DNA from: an uncultured Methylomirabilota bacterium
Lineage (GTDB): Bacteria; Methylomirabilota; Methylomirabilia; Methylomirabilales; 2-02-FULL-66-22
Assembly: GCA_963705305.1 (NCBI GenBank)
Contig: OY970067.1
Coordinates: 1,984,001-2,048,000 of the forward strand
Direction of reading: 5' to 3'
DNA: 64,000 nucleotides
Made by a program: the position numbers and the translations under genes
Notes under the pieces: model-generated
Told to the model about the DNA's origin: nothing
Database searches by the model: none
Seen by the model: only the letters and a program-made list of their open reading frames with translations
In this document: piece after piece, positions 28,970 through 39,576 of the stretch
Layout: each line of letters opens with the position of its first letter
Position numbering within the stretch: position 1 is the stretch's first letter

Positions 28970-30237
28970 GCAACGCGGCGCAGCGGGTGACCGAGGAGCC
29001 CTGCCAGGACTGCCTGGTGGGATTCGGCAACGACAAGATCCGTCAGGATTTCCCCACGCTCCAGGAACAGGTTCACGGGAAGCGGCTGGTCTATCTCGAC
29101 AACGCCGCCACCACCCACAAGCCGCAAGCGGTGATCGACCGGATTGTCCGCTACTACGTGGCGGAAAACTCCAACGTGCATCGCGGGGTCCACTTCCTGA
29201 GCCAGGTGGCCACCCAGGCCTACGAGAGTGCGCGCAGCCGTGTCCGGGAATTCCTGAATGCGGCCCACGACCGGGAGATCATCTACACGCGGGGCACCAC
29301 AGAGAGCATCAACCTGGTGGCCGCCACCTACGGCCGGAGCCGCGTCAAGGCGGGGGACGAGATCATCATCTCGGCCATGGAGCACCACTCCAACATCGTG
29401 CCCTGGCAGATGCTGTGCGAAGAGAAGGGGGCCAAGCTGCGGGTCATTCCCATGAACGATGCCGGGGAGCTCCTCCTGGAAGAGTACGAGCGGCTCCTGA
29501 ACGACCGGACCAGGCTGGTCGCGGTCGCCTATGTCTCCAACACCCTGGGCACGGTGAATCCCGTCCAGGAGATCATCGCCCTGGCGCACCATCGCGGCGT
29601 GCCGGTGCTGGTGGACGGGGCGCAGGCGACGCCCCACATGCCGGTGGACGTCCGGGACCTGGACTGCGATTTTTACGCCTTTTCCGCCCACAAGCTCTTC
29701 GGTCCCACCGGATTCGGGATCCTGTACGGCAAGGCGGAGCTCCTGGAGGCCATGCCCCCGTACCAGGGGGGCGGGGACATGATCAGCGCCGTCACCTTTG
29801 AGAAGACGCTGTTCAACTCCCTCCCGTACAAGTTTGAAGCCGGCACGCCCCACATCGAGGGGGCCATCGGATTGGGGGCGGCCATCGAGTACGTCCAGCG
29901 GATCGGCATGCATCAGATCGCGGCCTACGAGGCCGACCTGCTGGCCTACGGGACCGAGTTGCTATCCGCGATCCCCGGTCTGCGGATCATCGGCACCGCC
30001 GCGCGCAAGGCGGGGGTGCTCTCATTCGTGCTGGACGGCATCCACGCCCATGACGTGGGCACAATCCTGGATCTGGAGGGCGTGGCGGTCCGGGCCGGGC
30101 ACCACTGCGCCATGCCGGTCATGAAGCGCTTCGGGGTTCCCGCCACGGCCCGGGCGTCGCTGGCGTTCTACAACACCCGCGAGGATCTCGAGGCCCTGGC
30201 CAAGGCGATCCACAAGGCGCGCGAGGTATTCGCCTGA
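28966..30237 (+). CDS. sufS: Cysteine desulfurase SufS
   Basis: YLDNAAT, NVHRG, EHHSN, FSAHK and RAGHHCA motifs. Confidence 0.96.
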   Translation: MSNAAQRVTEEPCQDCLVGFGNDKIRQDFPTLQEQVHGKRLVYLDNAATTHKPQAVIDRIVRYYVAENSNVHRGVHFLSQVATQAYESARSRVREFLNAAHDREIIYTRGTTESINLVAATYGRSRVKAGDEIIISAMEHHSNIVPWQMLCEEKGAKLRVIPMNDAGELLLEEYERLLNDRTRLVAVAYVSNTLGTVNPVQEIIALAHHRGVPVLVDGAQATPHMPVDVRDLDCDFYAFSAHKLFGPTGFGILYGKAELLEAMPPYQGGGDMISAVTFEKTLFNSLPYKFEAGTPHIEGAIGLGAAIEYVQRIGMHQIAAYEADLLAYGTELLSAIPGLRIIGTAARKAGVLSFVLDGIHAHDVGTILDLEGVAVRAGHHCAMPVMKRFGVPATARASLAFYNTREDLEALAKAIHKAREVFA

Positions 30238-30686
30238 TGTCGGATCTGCGGGAGCTGTACCAGCAAGTCATCCTGGATCATTACAAGAAGCCGCGGAACT
30301 TCCAGAAGCTGGCGGATGCCAATCGGCACGCGGAGGGCCACAATCCCCTCTGCGGGGACGAGATCACCGTCTACCTCCACATGGACGGGGAGGTGATCAA
30401 GGACATCAGCTTCACGGGCGCCGGCTGCGCCATCTCCCAGTCCGCCGCCTCGCTGATGACCACGGTGCTGAAGGGCAAGACGCGGGCCGAGGCCGAGGCG
30501 CTGTTCAAGAAGTTCCACGATATGGTGACCGGGGAGGGGGGAGCCCCGGATCCAATGGAGCTGGGCAAGCTGGCGGTGTTCTGCGGGGTGAGCGAGTTCC
30601 CGGTGCGGGTCAAGTGCGCCAGCTTGCCCTGGCACACCCTGCACGCAGCCTTGGCAGGCGCGGAGGAGGCCGTTTCCACGGAGTGA
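30237..30686 (+). CDS. sufU: SUF system sulfur-transfer/scaffold protein SufU
   Basis: LYQQVILDH, NPLCGD, GCAIS and RVKCA motifs. Confidence 0.95.
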   Translation: MSDLRELYQQVILDHYKKPRNFQKLADANRHAEGHNPLCGDEITVYLHMDGEVIKDISFTGAGCAISQSAASLMTTVLKGKTRAEAEALFKKFHDMVTGEGGAPDPMELGKLAVFCGVSEFPVRVKCASLPWHTLHAALAGAEEAVSTE

Positions 30687-30775
30687 GGGGGAGCGCGCCG
30701 CGACCACCGGAGGCGGCCGGCGCTCGGACGACGCGGTCAGGAAGGCTCATCCAGGTGGGGACGGACGAGAGAGGC

Positions 30776-31102
30776 ATGGGGAGCATCGCTGTGGACCCAC
30801 GAGCAATCGAGTCGCAGGTTGTCGATGCGTTGCGGACGTGCTACGACCCGGAGATCCCGGTGGACATCTACGAGCTGGGGCTCGTCTATGGCGTTACGGC
30901 GAGCCCGACGGGAGCGGTGGAGATCAGAATGACGCTCACATCGCCCGCCTGCCCGGTGGCGGGGGAGCTTCCCGTGGAAGTGGAGCGAAAGGTGCGGGCC
31001 ATTCCCGGCGTGACCGACGCCAAGGTCGAGATCGTCTTCGATCCCCCCTGGGACCCCTCCCGCATGTCCGAGGCTGCCCGCCTGCAGCTGGGAGTGCTAT
31101 GA
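30776..31102 (+). CDS. sufT: DUF59/SufT Fe-S maturation protein
   Basis: YDPEIPVDIYELGLVY, MTLTSPACP and MSEAARLQLG motifs. Confidence 0.92.
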   Translation: MGSIAVDPRAIESQVVDALRTCYDPEIPVDIYELGLVYGVTASPTGAVEIRMTLTSPACPVAGELPVEVERKVRAIPGVTDAKVEIVFDPPWDPSRMSEAARLQLGVL

Positions 31103-31374
31103 GGCGCGGTGCCGCAGGCGCGATGAAGCCGCACCCCAGGCTGTTGGCCGTCGTGAACACGTCCTGCACGGGGTGCGACGTCTGTCTGGATTTCTGTCCG
31201 GTTGACTGCATCGATCACGAGCCGCCGGCACAGGCCGCGGCGGCGCCGGCTCCTCCCGTCCACATCCGGGATGAGGAGTGCATCGGCTGCCAGGTGTGTG
31301 CCAAGGTGTGCGAGCACCTCGCCCTAAACGCTATCCGGATGGTGCCGGTCGCTGCCGGACAGCCAAACGGCTAG
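31099..31374 (+). CDS. 2x[4Fe-4S] ferredoxin
   Basis: CTGCDVCLDFCP and CIGCQVCAKVC; ATGA overlap with sufT. Confidence 0.85.
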   Translation: MRRGAAGAMKPHPRLLAVVNTSCTGCDVCLDFCPVDCIDHEPPAQAAAAPAPPVHIRDEECIGCQVCAKVCEHLALNAIRMVPVAAGQPNG

Positions 31375-31483
31375 GCAGTCGCGGCGGCTCGACGGGTCCC
31401 AGACCGTCGCGTACGACCGCACGCCCCGCCCCACAGACTCATCCTGTGCCCTGCGCTCCATGCTCTTTGCCCTCAGGTGCGCC

Positions 31484-31879
31484 ATGGATCCTGGCCTCGC
31501 CGACGCCTTGCAAACCGCCAAGTACATGTATCTCACGACGTATGGCCGGAGCGGCCGCTCCGGGACAGTCCCCGTCTGGCTGTGGTACCACGAGGGTGCG
31601 GTGTACTTCACGACCCAACGGGCCAGCCTCAAGGCCAGCCGTATCTCGAGTACCGGCCGGGTGACCGTGCACGTGGGTACGCCAGACGGCCCCGCCTTCG
31701 AGGGGTACGCCGAGTGGGTGGACGATCGTCCGGACCTGGAGCGGGCGCTCCTGGCGGCCCACCGGCGTAAGTATTGGCTGGCAGTTCCGCTGTGGATGGG
31801 CCGGTATATCCGCAAGGGCCTGGCTGCCAAGACCAGTGTGCTGATCCGGATCACACCGGAGGGCGAATTATCCGCGTGA
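31484..31879 (+). CDS. Pyridoxamine 5'-phosphate oxidase-like (split beta-barrel flavin-binding) protein
   Basis: LTTYGRSG...VPVW...YFTT..S.K..RI pattern. Confidence 0.75.
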   Translation: MDPGLADALQTAKYMYLTTYGRSGRSGTVPVWLWYHEGAVYFTTQRASLKASRISSTGRVTVHVGTPDGPAFEGYAEWVDDRPDLERALLAAHRRKYWLAVPLWMGRYIRKGLAAKTSVLIRITPEGELSA

Positions 31880-32109
31880 TCGATCCCTGCTCCGCCTCCA
31901 TCCCGGCTGGACCGCCCGTGCCGGTCCCGCCGCCTCCTCGCTCCTCCCGTGCCTCGTCGGGCTGGCGGTTCATACCAATCACCTTGACAGCCACCGTCCA
32001 TTGCGATACACACGCGAGTGTCCGCCGCGTGGCAACGACGAGGGAATCCTGCCGTGGACCTGTCGCTGCCCCGGCCGTTACGTCCCTACCGTAGAAAACG
32101 GGAAGACGC

Positions 32110-34848
32110 ATGAACGAGCAATCGCGGGAACCCGGCGAGCGCGGGCAGGCGGCCTCGGCCATACGCCTGAGCCGCCGGAACTACCGGGAGCTGGCGGAAT
32201 CTTTGCCGCACGTGGTGTTCGAGGTCGACGACGAGGGTCGTCTGCTCTTCACCAACCGGCACGCCTTCGAGGTCTTCGGATACTCGCAGGAGGATTACGA
32301 GCGGGGGCTGAACGTCCTGGAGATCATCGCCCCCGAGGACCGGGCGCGGGCGCTGGAGAACATGCGGCGGGTGCTCGCGGGCGAGGATCCCGGCGGAGTG
32401 GAGTACACCGTCCTGCGAAAGGACGGGAGCGCCTTCCCCGCCCTGATCCATGCCTCGCCCATCCTCTACGAGGGGCGCGCGGTGGGGCTGCGAGGGATCC
32501 TGCAGGACATCACCGACCGCAAGCGGTTCGAGGCGGCCCTGCGCGAGAGCGAGGAGAGGTACCGGCAGCTCTTCGAGATGGAGTCGGACGCCATCTTCCT
32601 GATCGACAACGCAACCGGCCGGATCCTGGAGGTCAACGCGGCGGCGGCGGCGCTCTACGGATACGAGCGGGGCGAGCTGCTGCGCATGCACCATACCGAT
32701 CTGTCGGCAGACCCGGGGGCGACCCGGCGGGCAACCCTGGAGCATCAGTCGCGGGTTCCCCTCCGCTACGGCCGCAAGCGGGACGGCACTGTGTTTTGTG
32801 TCGAGATCGCGGCCCGCCATTTCGTCTGGCAGGGGCGGAACGTGCACGTGGCGGCCATCCGCGACATCTCGGAAAGGCTGGGGGCCCAGGAGGAGCTCGA
32901 GCGGCAGCGCTCGCTGCTGCAACGGGTCCTGGATAATTCCCCCAGCGCCATCTACGTGAAGGATCGCGAGGGGCGCATCCTCCTGGCCAACCGGATGTTG
33001 TCGGAGCGCTTCGGACAGCCTCCGCAGGGGCTGGTGGGGAAGAACAGCTTCGACCTGGTGCCGGACGCCAAAACGGCCCGCGCCATCCATGACGAGAACC
33101 TGGCCATCCTGCGCGGCGAGCTGGAGCGGGTCGAGCGCGAGGAGCAATCCACGGACGCCTCCGGGCAGCAGCGCTGGTCCTATACCGTCAAGGTCCCCGT
33201 CCGGGACGAGGCGGGCCGCATCGAGTTCCTGATGGCACTCATCACGGACATCACGACCCTCAAACAGGCCGAGCAGGAGGCGCGGAGATCGCAGGAGCTG
33301 CTGCAGAAGACCTTCGCCAGCCTCCGGGAGGCGGTCTTCATCATCGACGCCCAGACGATGCGCATCCTCGACTGCAATCCTGCCGCCACGACCATCTTCG
33401 GCTACTCGCGGGAAGAGCTCGTGGGGCAGGTCGTGGATGTCCTGCACGTGGACCGCGAGGCGCGGGAGGAATTTCGCCTCCATCTGTACCGGGCGGTGGA
33501 GGAACGCGGCTTCCTCGGCTTGTTGGAATTCCGGATGAAGCGGAAGGACGGGACCGTGTTCCCCAGCGAACACAGCGTGGTGCCCCTGATGCACGAGTCC
33601 GGGAAGCGAATCGGCTGGGTGAGCGTCGTCCGGGACATCGGCGAGCGCAAGCATGCGGAGGAGGAGCGGCGCCGCTCGGAGGCGAGACTCCAGGAAGCGC
33701 AGCGGCTGGAGAGCCTGGGGGTCCTGGCGGGGGGGATCGCTCACGACTTCAACAATCTGCTTACGGGAATCCTGGGTCACGCGGACATGGCGCGCCTGAG
33801 GCTGCTGCCCGGTTCACCGGCACGGGAGAGCCTGGAGCAGGTGGTGCTGGCGGCTCGACGGGCGGCAGGGCTGACCCAGCAACTCCTGGCGTACGCGGGT
33901 CGCGGGCGCGTGGTCTTCCGACCGCTTCACCTGGAGGACCTGATCGCGGAGACGATGGAGCTGCTGGCGGCCTCCATTCCCCAGAGCTGCACACTCCAGT
34001 TTCAGCCCGGCGAGGAGGTTCCCCCCATCGAGGGGGACGAGACGCAGCTGCGCCAGGTCGTGATGAACTTGATCCTCAATGCGGCCGAGGCCATCGGGAA
34101 TCGGGCCGGGGCGATCAGCATTCGCACCAGCGTCCGAGAGTGCACCGCCGCCGATCTGGCAGACGGCCAGACCGGGGAGAGCCTTCCGTCCGGGCGCTAC
34201 GTCATGCTGGAGATGGCGGATACGGGATGCGGGATGACGGAAGAGGTCAAGTCTCGCATCTTCGAGCCGTTCTTCACGACCAAGGTCACCGGGCGCGGCC
34301 TTGGCCTAGCGGCGGTTCTCGGAATCGCGCGGCGCCACAGCGGGACCATCAGGGTGGCCAGCCTGCCGGGACGCGGCACGACGATGACCGTGCTCTTTCC
34401 GGTCTCCGGCCGTCCGGTCGAGCCGGAGAGCGCGCCGCGCACGGCGGAGCCGACCTGGCAGGGGCGGGGGACGATCCTGGTCGTGGATGACGAGGTCACC
34501 CTCGTCGCCGTGGCCGAAGCCATGCTGCAGGAGATGGGCTTCGGTGCGCTCTCCGCGTCGGATGGCCGGGAGGCCATCGAGCTGTTCCGCGAACACGCCC
34601 AGGACATCAGTGCGGTCCTGCTGGACCTGGCTATGCCCAGGATCGACGGCGCAGAGGTGTGCCGCGAGCTCCGCCGCATCCGGCCCCAAGTCCCCGTTAT
34701 CCTCTGCAGCGGAATCGGCGCGGACGAGGCGGCCGTTCGCATCCAGGAGACCGGGCTGGACGGGTTCCTCCAGAAGCCGTTCACGCTCGAGGAGCTGGCG
34801 GCCGTCATCCGAGGGGCGCTGGAAAAGGCAAGACCGGATCGGGCCTGA
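32110..34848 (+). CDS. Hybrid sensor histidine kinase with four PAS/PAC domains and a C-terminal receiver
   Basis: Repeated RKDG/DIT(E)RK PAC motifs; AHDFNNLL H-box; PFFTTK..GRGLGL; VVDDE, LDLAMP and QKPF. Confidence 0.95.
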   Translation: MNEQSREPGERGQAASAIRLSRRNYRELAESLPHVVFEVDDEGRLLFTNRHAFEVFGYSQEDYERGLNVLEIIAPEDRARALENMRRVLAGEDPGGVEYTVLRKDGSAFPALIHASPILYEGRAVGLRGILQDITDRKRFEAALRESEERYRQLFEMESDAIFLIDNATGRILEVNAAAAALYGYERGELLRMHHTDLSADPGATRRATLEHQSRVPLRYGRKRDGTVFCVEIAARHFVWQGRNVHVAAIRDISERLGAQEELERQRSLLQRVLDNSPSAIYVKDREGRILLANRMLSERFGQPPQGLVGKNSFDLVPDAKTARAIHDENLAILRGELERVEREEQSTDASGQQRWSYTVKVPVRDEAGRIEFLMALITDITTLKQAEQEARRSQELLQKTFASLREAVFIIDAQTMRILDCNPAATTIFGYSREELVGQVVDVLHVDREAREEFRLHLYRAVEERGFLGLLEFRMKRKDGTVFPSEHSVVPLMHESGKRIGWVSVVRDIGERKHAEEERRRSEARLQEAQRLESLGVLAGGIAHDFNNLLTGILGHADMARLRLLPGSPARESLEQVVLAARRAAGLTQQLLAYAGRGRVVFRPLHLEDLIAETMELLAASIPQSCTLQFQPGEEVPPIEGDETQLRQVVMNLILNAAEAIGNRAGAISIRTSVRECTAADLADGQTGESLPSGRYVMLEMADTGCGMTEEVKSRIFEPFFTTKVTGRGLGLAAVLGIARRHSGTIRVASLPGRGTTMTVLFPVSGRPVEPESAPRTAEPTWQGRGTILVVDDEVTLVAVAEAMLQEMGFGALSASDGREAIELFREHAQDISAVLLDLAMPRIDGAEVCRELRRIRPQVPVILCSGIGADEAAVRIQETGLDGFLQKPFTLEELAAVIRGALEKARPDRA

Positions 34849-34974
34849 CGGGCCGGTTCCGGCCCCTGGGGGCGTCACGACGACCGGCGCAATCGAGCAG
34901 CATGGCAGCGTCCCCGAGCGTCCGCCGTGAAAAGTCTCCCACCCAAAGAGATCAGGGAGGAAAGGAGCCGGACA

Positions 34975-35871
34975 GTGCGGGCGAGCGTTGCCACATTGAT
35001 TGTTCTCGTTCCACTGCTCTGTCCTGCCACGGCGCTCGCCCAAACGCCCACGCCGTCCCGCAGCCCTGTCGCCGAAGAGCCCCAGATCGCCCGAACGGAG
35101 ACCGCCTTGCAGGCCGACCTGGTCGGCGAGGCGAACCCCGAAGGCGTCATGCTCGTCGTCGGCGGGTTCCGCCGATGGATCCAGGAGTTCGACAGGACCT
35201 ACGGGATCCCCGCCTCCTACCTCCAGGCCGGCGGCATGCTGGGGGTGAATCCGGCCTATGCGCAGGCGTCCGTCTACGGCGAGTGGATGCCGGCCCTCTT
35301 CGCCCAGCTCCGGCTCCAATACGATCTCTACACGTACTTCGGCGCGAACGGCGGGCTGCTGTCGTTCCCCTCCGCGGATGCGCGATTCGGCGACAAGGAG
35401 GTCGATGCGCGGAAGGACCAGGAGGAGTCCGGGGCGGGGCATCGGATTCTTTTTCAACCCACCCTTCGGGCCAAAGTGGGTCCCTTCATCCTGCGGAACC
35501 AGACCGATGCCGCCTACTATCTCTTTCCCGGCAGCGGGCCGTACTTCCACGAGCTGGAGTATGACACGCTGCTCAAGAACGGGGATTTCCTGGTGGCCAA
35601 CAGGACCCAGGCGCTGTTCGAGGCCTGGAAGGGGAAGCAGGACGAGGTCCTGCTGGCGGGACCCTACTACGAGGTGACGCACGCCGGGGACGCGGACCTG
35701 ACCCGGCAGCGGGCCGGGGGCGTCTTGTACTGGGTCCCCAAAGAGAATGTCTGGCTGCTGGACCGGCCGCGAATCTACGCGCAGTTCGGCGTGAATCTCC
35801 AGGACCGGAATAGAGACCACGAGCTGTTTGCCGTCTTCGGCGTCGGATTCGACTACGACCTCCTGAAGTAG
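34975..35871 (+). CDS. Hypothetical exported protein, probable outer-membrane beta-barrel
   Basis: Signal peptide; alternating aromatic/hydrophobic strands; ends GVGFDYDLLK; AAGGAG RBS. Confidence 0.65.
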   Translation: MRASVATLIVLVPLLCPATALAQTPTPSRSPVAEEPQIARTETALQADLVGEANPEGVMLVVGGFRRWIQEFDRTYGIPASYLQAGGMLGVNPAYAQASVYGEWMPALFAQLRLQYDLYTYFGANGGLLSFPSADARFGDKEVDARKDQEESGAGHRILFQPTLRAKVGPFILRNQTDAAYYLFPGSGPYFHELEYDTLLKNGDFLVANRTQALFEAWKGKQDEVLLAGPYYEVTHAGDADLTRQRAGGVLYWVPKENVWLLDRPRIYAQFGVNLQDRNRDHELFAVFGVGFDYDLLK

Positions 35872-35949
35872 GCCTCCTCCCCCTCGGTCTTTTTCGCCCC
35901 CGCACCCCTGCGCCCGAGCGCAGCGATGCACCCCTGCGGTTCCTGCGGG

Positions 35950-36654
35950 TCAGATCTGCGAGTAGGCCGTCGGCTTCAGAAGCGTGATGCCGGCATTGGC
36001 GACGATCTCGGGGTCGGTGAATCCGGGCGTGGACCACAGCTGCTTCCATTCCGGGTCCTCCCGGAACCCCCCCCAGGCCCACTCGCGGGCCGTCAGGTCG
36101 TCGAAGACGAGCATGTAGGCGAGACTCGGCATCCGCGATCCCACCAGGGTCTCCCCGAAGAAGACCGGGCGCAGACCCGTCCGCCGAAAGATGGCGATCT
36201 CGCCCGAGTTGAACATCTGGATCTTCTTGCGCAGGGCCGCCTCGCTGTGGCTCTCGTACACGCGGAGCTCGAAGATCCGGGATTGCTGGGTGGCCGCTCC
36301 GACGGGCACCTCCAGCTCCAGCATGCCGTCGAACGCCACCAGCAGGGAGCTATCGATGCGGGTGAAGGACGGATCGGTGGCGGGGACGCCGTGGAAGAAG
36401 GCCGCAGCCCGCTGAAACTCCAGGTCCGCGGCCAGCCAGGCCCGCACGGCCGCCACCCCCTCCAGCGAGGTGTGGCGCAGCAGCACGTAGACGGCGGGAT
36501 TCCGATCTCCCAGATAACCCGTGAACGCCCCGACAGGATGGACCCCGTAGAGATTCAGCGCGGGGATGAATAGATCCCGCAGGAAATCGTCCAGGCGCTT
36601 GCCCTGGGGGCCGTTGCGCAGCTGGTAGCGCCTGAGCTCATAGTAGTCGGGCAT
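35950..36654 (-). CDS. NIPSNAP-family protein (two domains)
   Basis: YYELRRY, IFELRVYES, KIQMFN and W..FREDPEW motifs. Confidence 0.85.
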   Translation of the reverse strand: MPDYYELRRYQLRNGPQGKRLDDFLRDLFIPALNLYGVHPVGAFTGYLGDRNPAVYVLLRHTSLEGVAAVRAWLAADLEFQRAAAFFHGVPATDPSFTRIDSSLLVAFDGMLELEVPVGAATQQSRIFELRVYESHSEAALRKKIQMFNSGEIAIFRRTGLRPVFFGETLVGSRMPSLAYMLVFDDLTAREWAWGGFREDPEWKQLWSTPGFTDPEIVANAGITLLKPTAYSQI

Positions 36655-36720
36655 GGGTCCATCCTCCGGTCGGCGGGGTGTCCGGGAAGGAGATGCCGGC
36701 GGCGTGGGCAATGCCGGCGC

Positions 36721-38196
36721 TCACCGGTGCGCCTGCCTGCTGCGGATGGCCTTGACCGTCTCGGCCTCGGGGCGGGCCCTGTAGAAGGGGTCGAGCGGGT
36801 AGCAGCCGGAGACCATCCGGTTGCGCGGCCCGGTGGTGCAGTCGCTGAAGGTGCGGCACAGACGCTTCCGGTCCAAGGGCTGCCCTGTCAGCACCCGGTG
36901 CGGGAACTCCGGATAGGCCAGGAGCATCCGGCCCACGCCGACGAAGTCCACGCGGCCGAGGCGGACCTGGGCCTGGGCGACGTAGGGCAGAAACTCCTGG
37001 AGGTAGGTGTAGCCGGTCCCCACCAGCGTCAGCTCCGGGACGGCGCGCTTGCAGCGGCCGGTCGCCTCCAGGAGCCGGGCGCATCCCACCAGCGGGTCTT
37101 CGGGAGGCGGGTAGCCGTCCGAGGCAGGGAAGGCCGCGGGCCGCATGAGGTGGGGATTGTAGTAGGGGCTGGCGCATGTAGTGTTGACGAGACGGATCCC
37201 CAGCTCCCGGCAGAGGTGCAGGAAGGCCAGAGGCTCGGTCAGGTCCATCTCGAGCGGGTTTTCCGGATTCACGCCGAATCCGTAGCGCCAGGGAAGGAAT
37301 GGACGGAAATCGACGGGCACACCCCGCCCTCCCCCCTCCGGCCCCGGGTGCCGAAACGGAACAAGGTCGAAGATGGAGATCCGGACGCCCAGATGCAGTC
37401 CCGGAACCTCCTGCCGGATGGCCCGGACGATCTCCCGGAACAGCCTCGTGCGGTTCTCGAAGGGCCCCCCATAGGCTCCGGGACGTGTGTGGGCGGCCAG
37501 CAGCTCGTGCAGGAGATACCCGTGGCAGCACTTGACGTCCACGAAGTCGTAGCCGCATGTTGCGGCGAAGCGAGTGGCGGCGACGTAGTCCTGGACTAGG
37601 TCCGACAGCTCCATGTCGCTGAAGATCGGTCCGTCGTCCGTGATCCCGAGCCGCGCGTCCAGGACCGGGTGGCGGAAGGCGATGCGCGGTCGGGGCCGGT
37701 GATCCGGCTCGGGGCGCGAGAATCGCCCCGAGTGGGTCAGCTGAAGGCCGGCGAAAAGATCGTCGGTGGTCCCGTACCGCTCGCGATGCGCGTTCTTGAG
37801 CGTGGTGAGCAGGGCTGCCAGCGCGGCTTCGTTGGCCCGGCTGTAGGTAAGCTGGTTCGGGTTGGCGCGGCCGTCGCGGCGGACGGCAACCGCCTCGCCA
37901 CCCCAGATCAGCTTGGCCCCGGACAGACCGAAATGCGTCCACCGTCGCAGGACGAGGTCGGTGGGCGTCCCGTCCAACCCGCCGTCCCATCCCTCCATGG
38001 GGTGGGTGGCGAAACGGTTCCCCACCGTCCGGCCATAGACGCTGATCGGCTGGTCCAGCGGGCTCTGCTCGGGGGGCAGCAACTCGTCATCGCAGGCCAT
38101 GTGGATGGGCAGCGCGGCCAGGTGGGCCTTGAACTCCGCGACGGTCTTGATCCCCGCAACCCGCGGGATCCGGAGAGATTTGCGCTCGTCAATCAT
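36721..38196 (-). CDS. NADH:flavin oxidoreductase (Old Yellow Enzyme-like)
   Basis: NRFATHPMEG, QLTHSGR, KCCHGYLLHE, YGGPFENR and CRTFSDC motifs. Confidence 0.88.
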   Translation of the reverse strand: MIDERKSLRIPRVAGIKTVAEFKAHLAALPIHMACDDELLPPEQSPLDQPISVYGRTVGNRFATHPMEGWDGGLDGTPTDLVLRRWTHFGLSGAKLIWGGEAVAVRRDGRANPNQLTYSRANEAALAALLTTLKNAHRERYGTTDDLFAGLQLTHSGRFSRPEPDHRPRPRIAFRHPVLDARLGITDDGPIFSDMELSDLVQDYVAATRFAATCGYDFVDVKCCHGYLLHELLAAHTRPGAYGGPFENRTRLFREIVRAIRQEVPGLHLGVRISIFDLVPFRHPGPEGGGRGVPVDFRPFLPWRYGFGVNPENPLEMDLTEPLAFLHLCRELGIRLVNTTCASPYYNPHLMRPAAFPASDGYPPPEDPLVGCARLLEATGRCKRAVPELTLVGTGYTYLQEFLPYVAQAQVRLGRVDFVGVGRMLLAYPEFPHRVLTGQPLDRKRLCRTFSDCTTGPRNRMVSGCYPLDPFYRARPEAETVKAIRSRQAHR

Positions 38197-38338
38197 CCCT
38201 TCCCTCGCGATCCGGCAGCCCGAACACGTCACCTCGACTGTTTCCCGGGCGTATTCCTACAGCCTTTATGACTCCGGAGGCAAGTGTTTTTCCGGGCGGG
38301 TCGCCGGTGGCGAGCCTGGCGAGACAATGAATCTCGAA

Positions 38339-39418
38339 TCAGGGCTGGCCCATCCACAGGTCGTCGAGCGGCAGGCTCAGCTCCTGGCTCATCTTCCGCA
38401 GATCATCCACAACATGCTGGCGCAGGGGGATGCCTGTCGCGCACCGTTCCAGATAGGTGAGATTGGCGCGCTCGCCAGGATACCGGACGCGAGGCGCACC
38501 CGCTGCGGTCGGGGCGGCGTGGAGTTTTTCCACCAATTCATCCATGAGGTTCTTGAACTCGCGGGCGGTCGGAAAGGCGTCGATGCGCAACGCGCAGAAG
38601 GCATGGCTGTGCTCGCCTTTTCGGCGGAACATGCTCCCGCCATCACCGGACAGCAGCCCGGTGAGAATATCTGACAGGAGCAAGAGTCCGAATCCCTTGT
38701 GCACGCCGTTCGCGGCAGTGCTTCCCAGGGGAAGAATGGCCCCCTCCTCGGCGAAGTACACATTGGGATCCGTGATCGGGCGTCCGTGCCCATCGACGGC
38801 CCAGCCTTCCGGCATGGGCTTTCCCTCCCACTGGAGCATGTGCAGCTTGTTTGCGATGGCCATGGTCGGCGCCATGTCCAGAACGAAGGGGCCGTGCGTC
38901 CTCCCCGGGGCGGCAAAGGCGATCACATTGTTGCCGAGGAGCCGTCCCCTCCCCCCGGGAGGCGCCACCGTCGAGCCGCCCGTGGAGGCGTGGATGCCGA
39001 TCATGTCCCGTTCCGCCGCCATGCGCACGTAGTATGCCCCCGCCCCGGAATGGGTGCTGTTGTACGCGGTGGCCCATCCGGTGCCGTATTCCCGCGCCAT
39101 CCGGATGCATTCCTCCATGGCTCTGTGGCTGACCACGAATCCCAGGCCACGATCGCCATCAACCGCGACGGTGGTGGGGCTGCCCGACGTGATGCGTATT
39201 TCCGGAGCACGGTTGATGGCCCCGCCCTGAATGCCCTTGATATAGTAGCCGTAGAGGTTGATGACCCCGTGTGAATCGATTCCCCGCAGGTCGGCATCCA
39301 CGAGGATCCTGGCCGTCAAGTCGGCATCGTCGAGGGGGACTCCGACTCGCTGAAAGGCCAGCGAGGCGAGTCGTTCCAGCGCCTGAGGATTCGCCTTTTG
39401 CGGTGCGTGATTCTTCAT
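38339..39418 (-). CDS. Ldh_2-family oxidoreductase (malate/L-lactate/ureidoglycolate dehydrogenase-like)
   Basis: ADLRGIDSHG, NSTHSG, LDMA, HKGFGL and YPGE motifs. Confidence 0.9.
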   Translation of the reverse strand: MKNHAPQKANPQALERLASLAFQRVGVPLDDADLTARILVDADLRGIDSHGVINLYGYYIKGIQGGAINRAPEIRITSGSPTTVAVDGDRGLGFVVSHRAMEECIRMAREYGTGWATAYNSTHSGAGAYYVRMAAERDMIGIHASTGGSTVAPPGGRGRLLGNNVIAFAAPGRTHGPFVLDMAPTMAIANKLHMLQWEGKPMPEGWAVDGHGRPITDPNVYFAEEGAILPLGSTAANGVHKGFGLLLLSDILTGLLSGDGGSMFRRKGEHSHAFCALRIDAFPTAREFKNLMDELVEKLHAAPTAAGAPRVRYPGERANLTYLERCATGIPLRQHVVDDLRKMSQELSLPLDDLWMGQP

Positions 39419-39576
39419 CGCTTTCCTCCGTTGCCGAGCGGAGCCGAAGGGGGGATCGCCGTGGGATAATTCACCGGTCCTCGTGGAGGCGGGCCTGCCG
39501 GCCCACGGGACAGAAACCGTCCCCGTGGGTGCCGGCTACCCGGATGGCTGGCCGCTGGCCGGCAGCCGCAGCCGGC

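Noticed and set aside
27706..30237. 843-aa SufS with a long N-terminal extension
   Set aside because: The extension is an alternative frame inside sufD; the real start is the ATG at 28966 overlapping the sufD stop
39455..39486. Possible third DnaA-box module (gtgggataattcacc)
   Set aside because: A single degenerate match with no phased array or associated promoter
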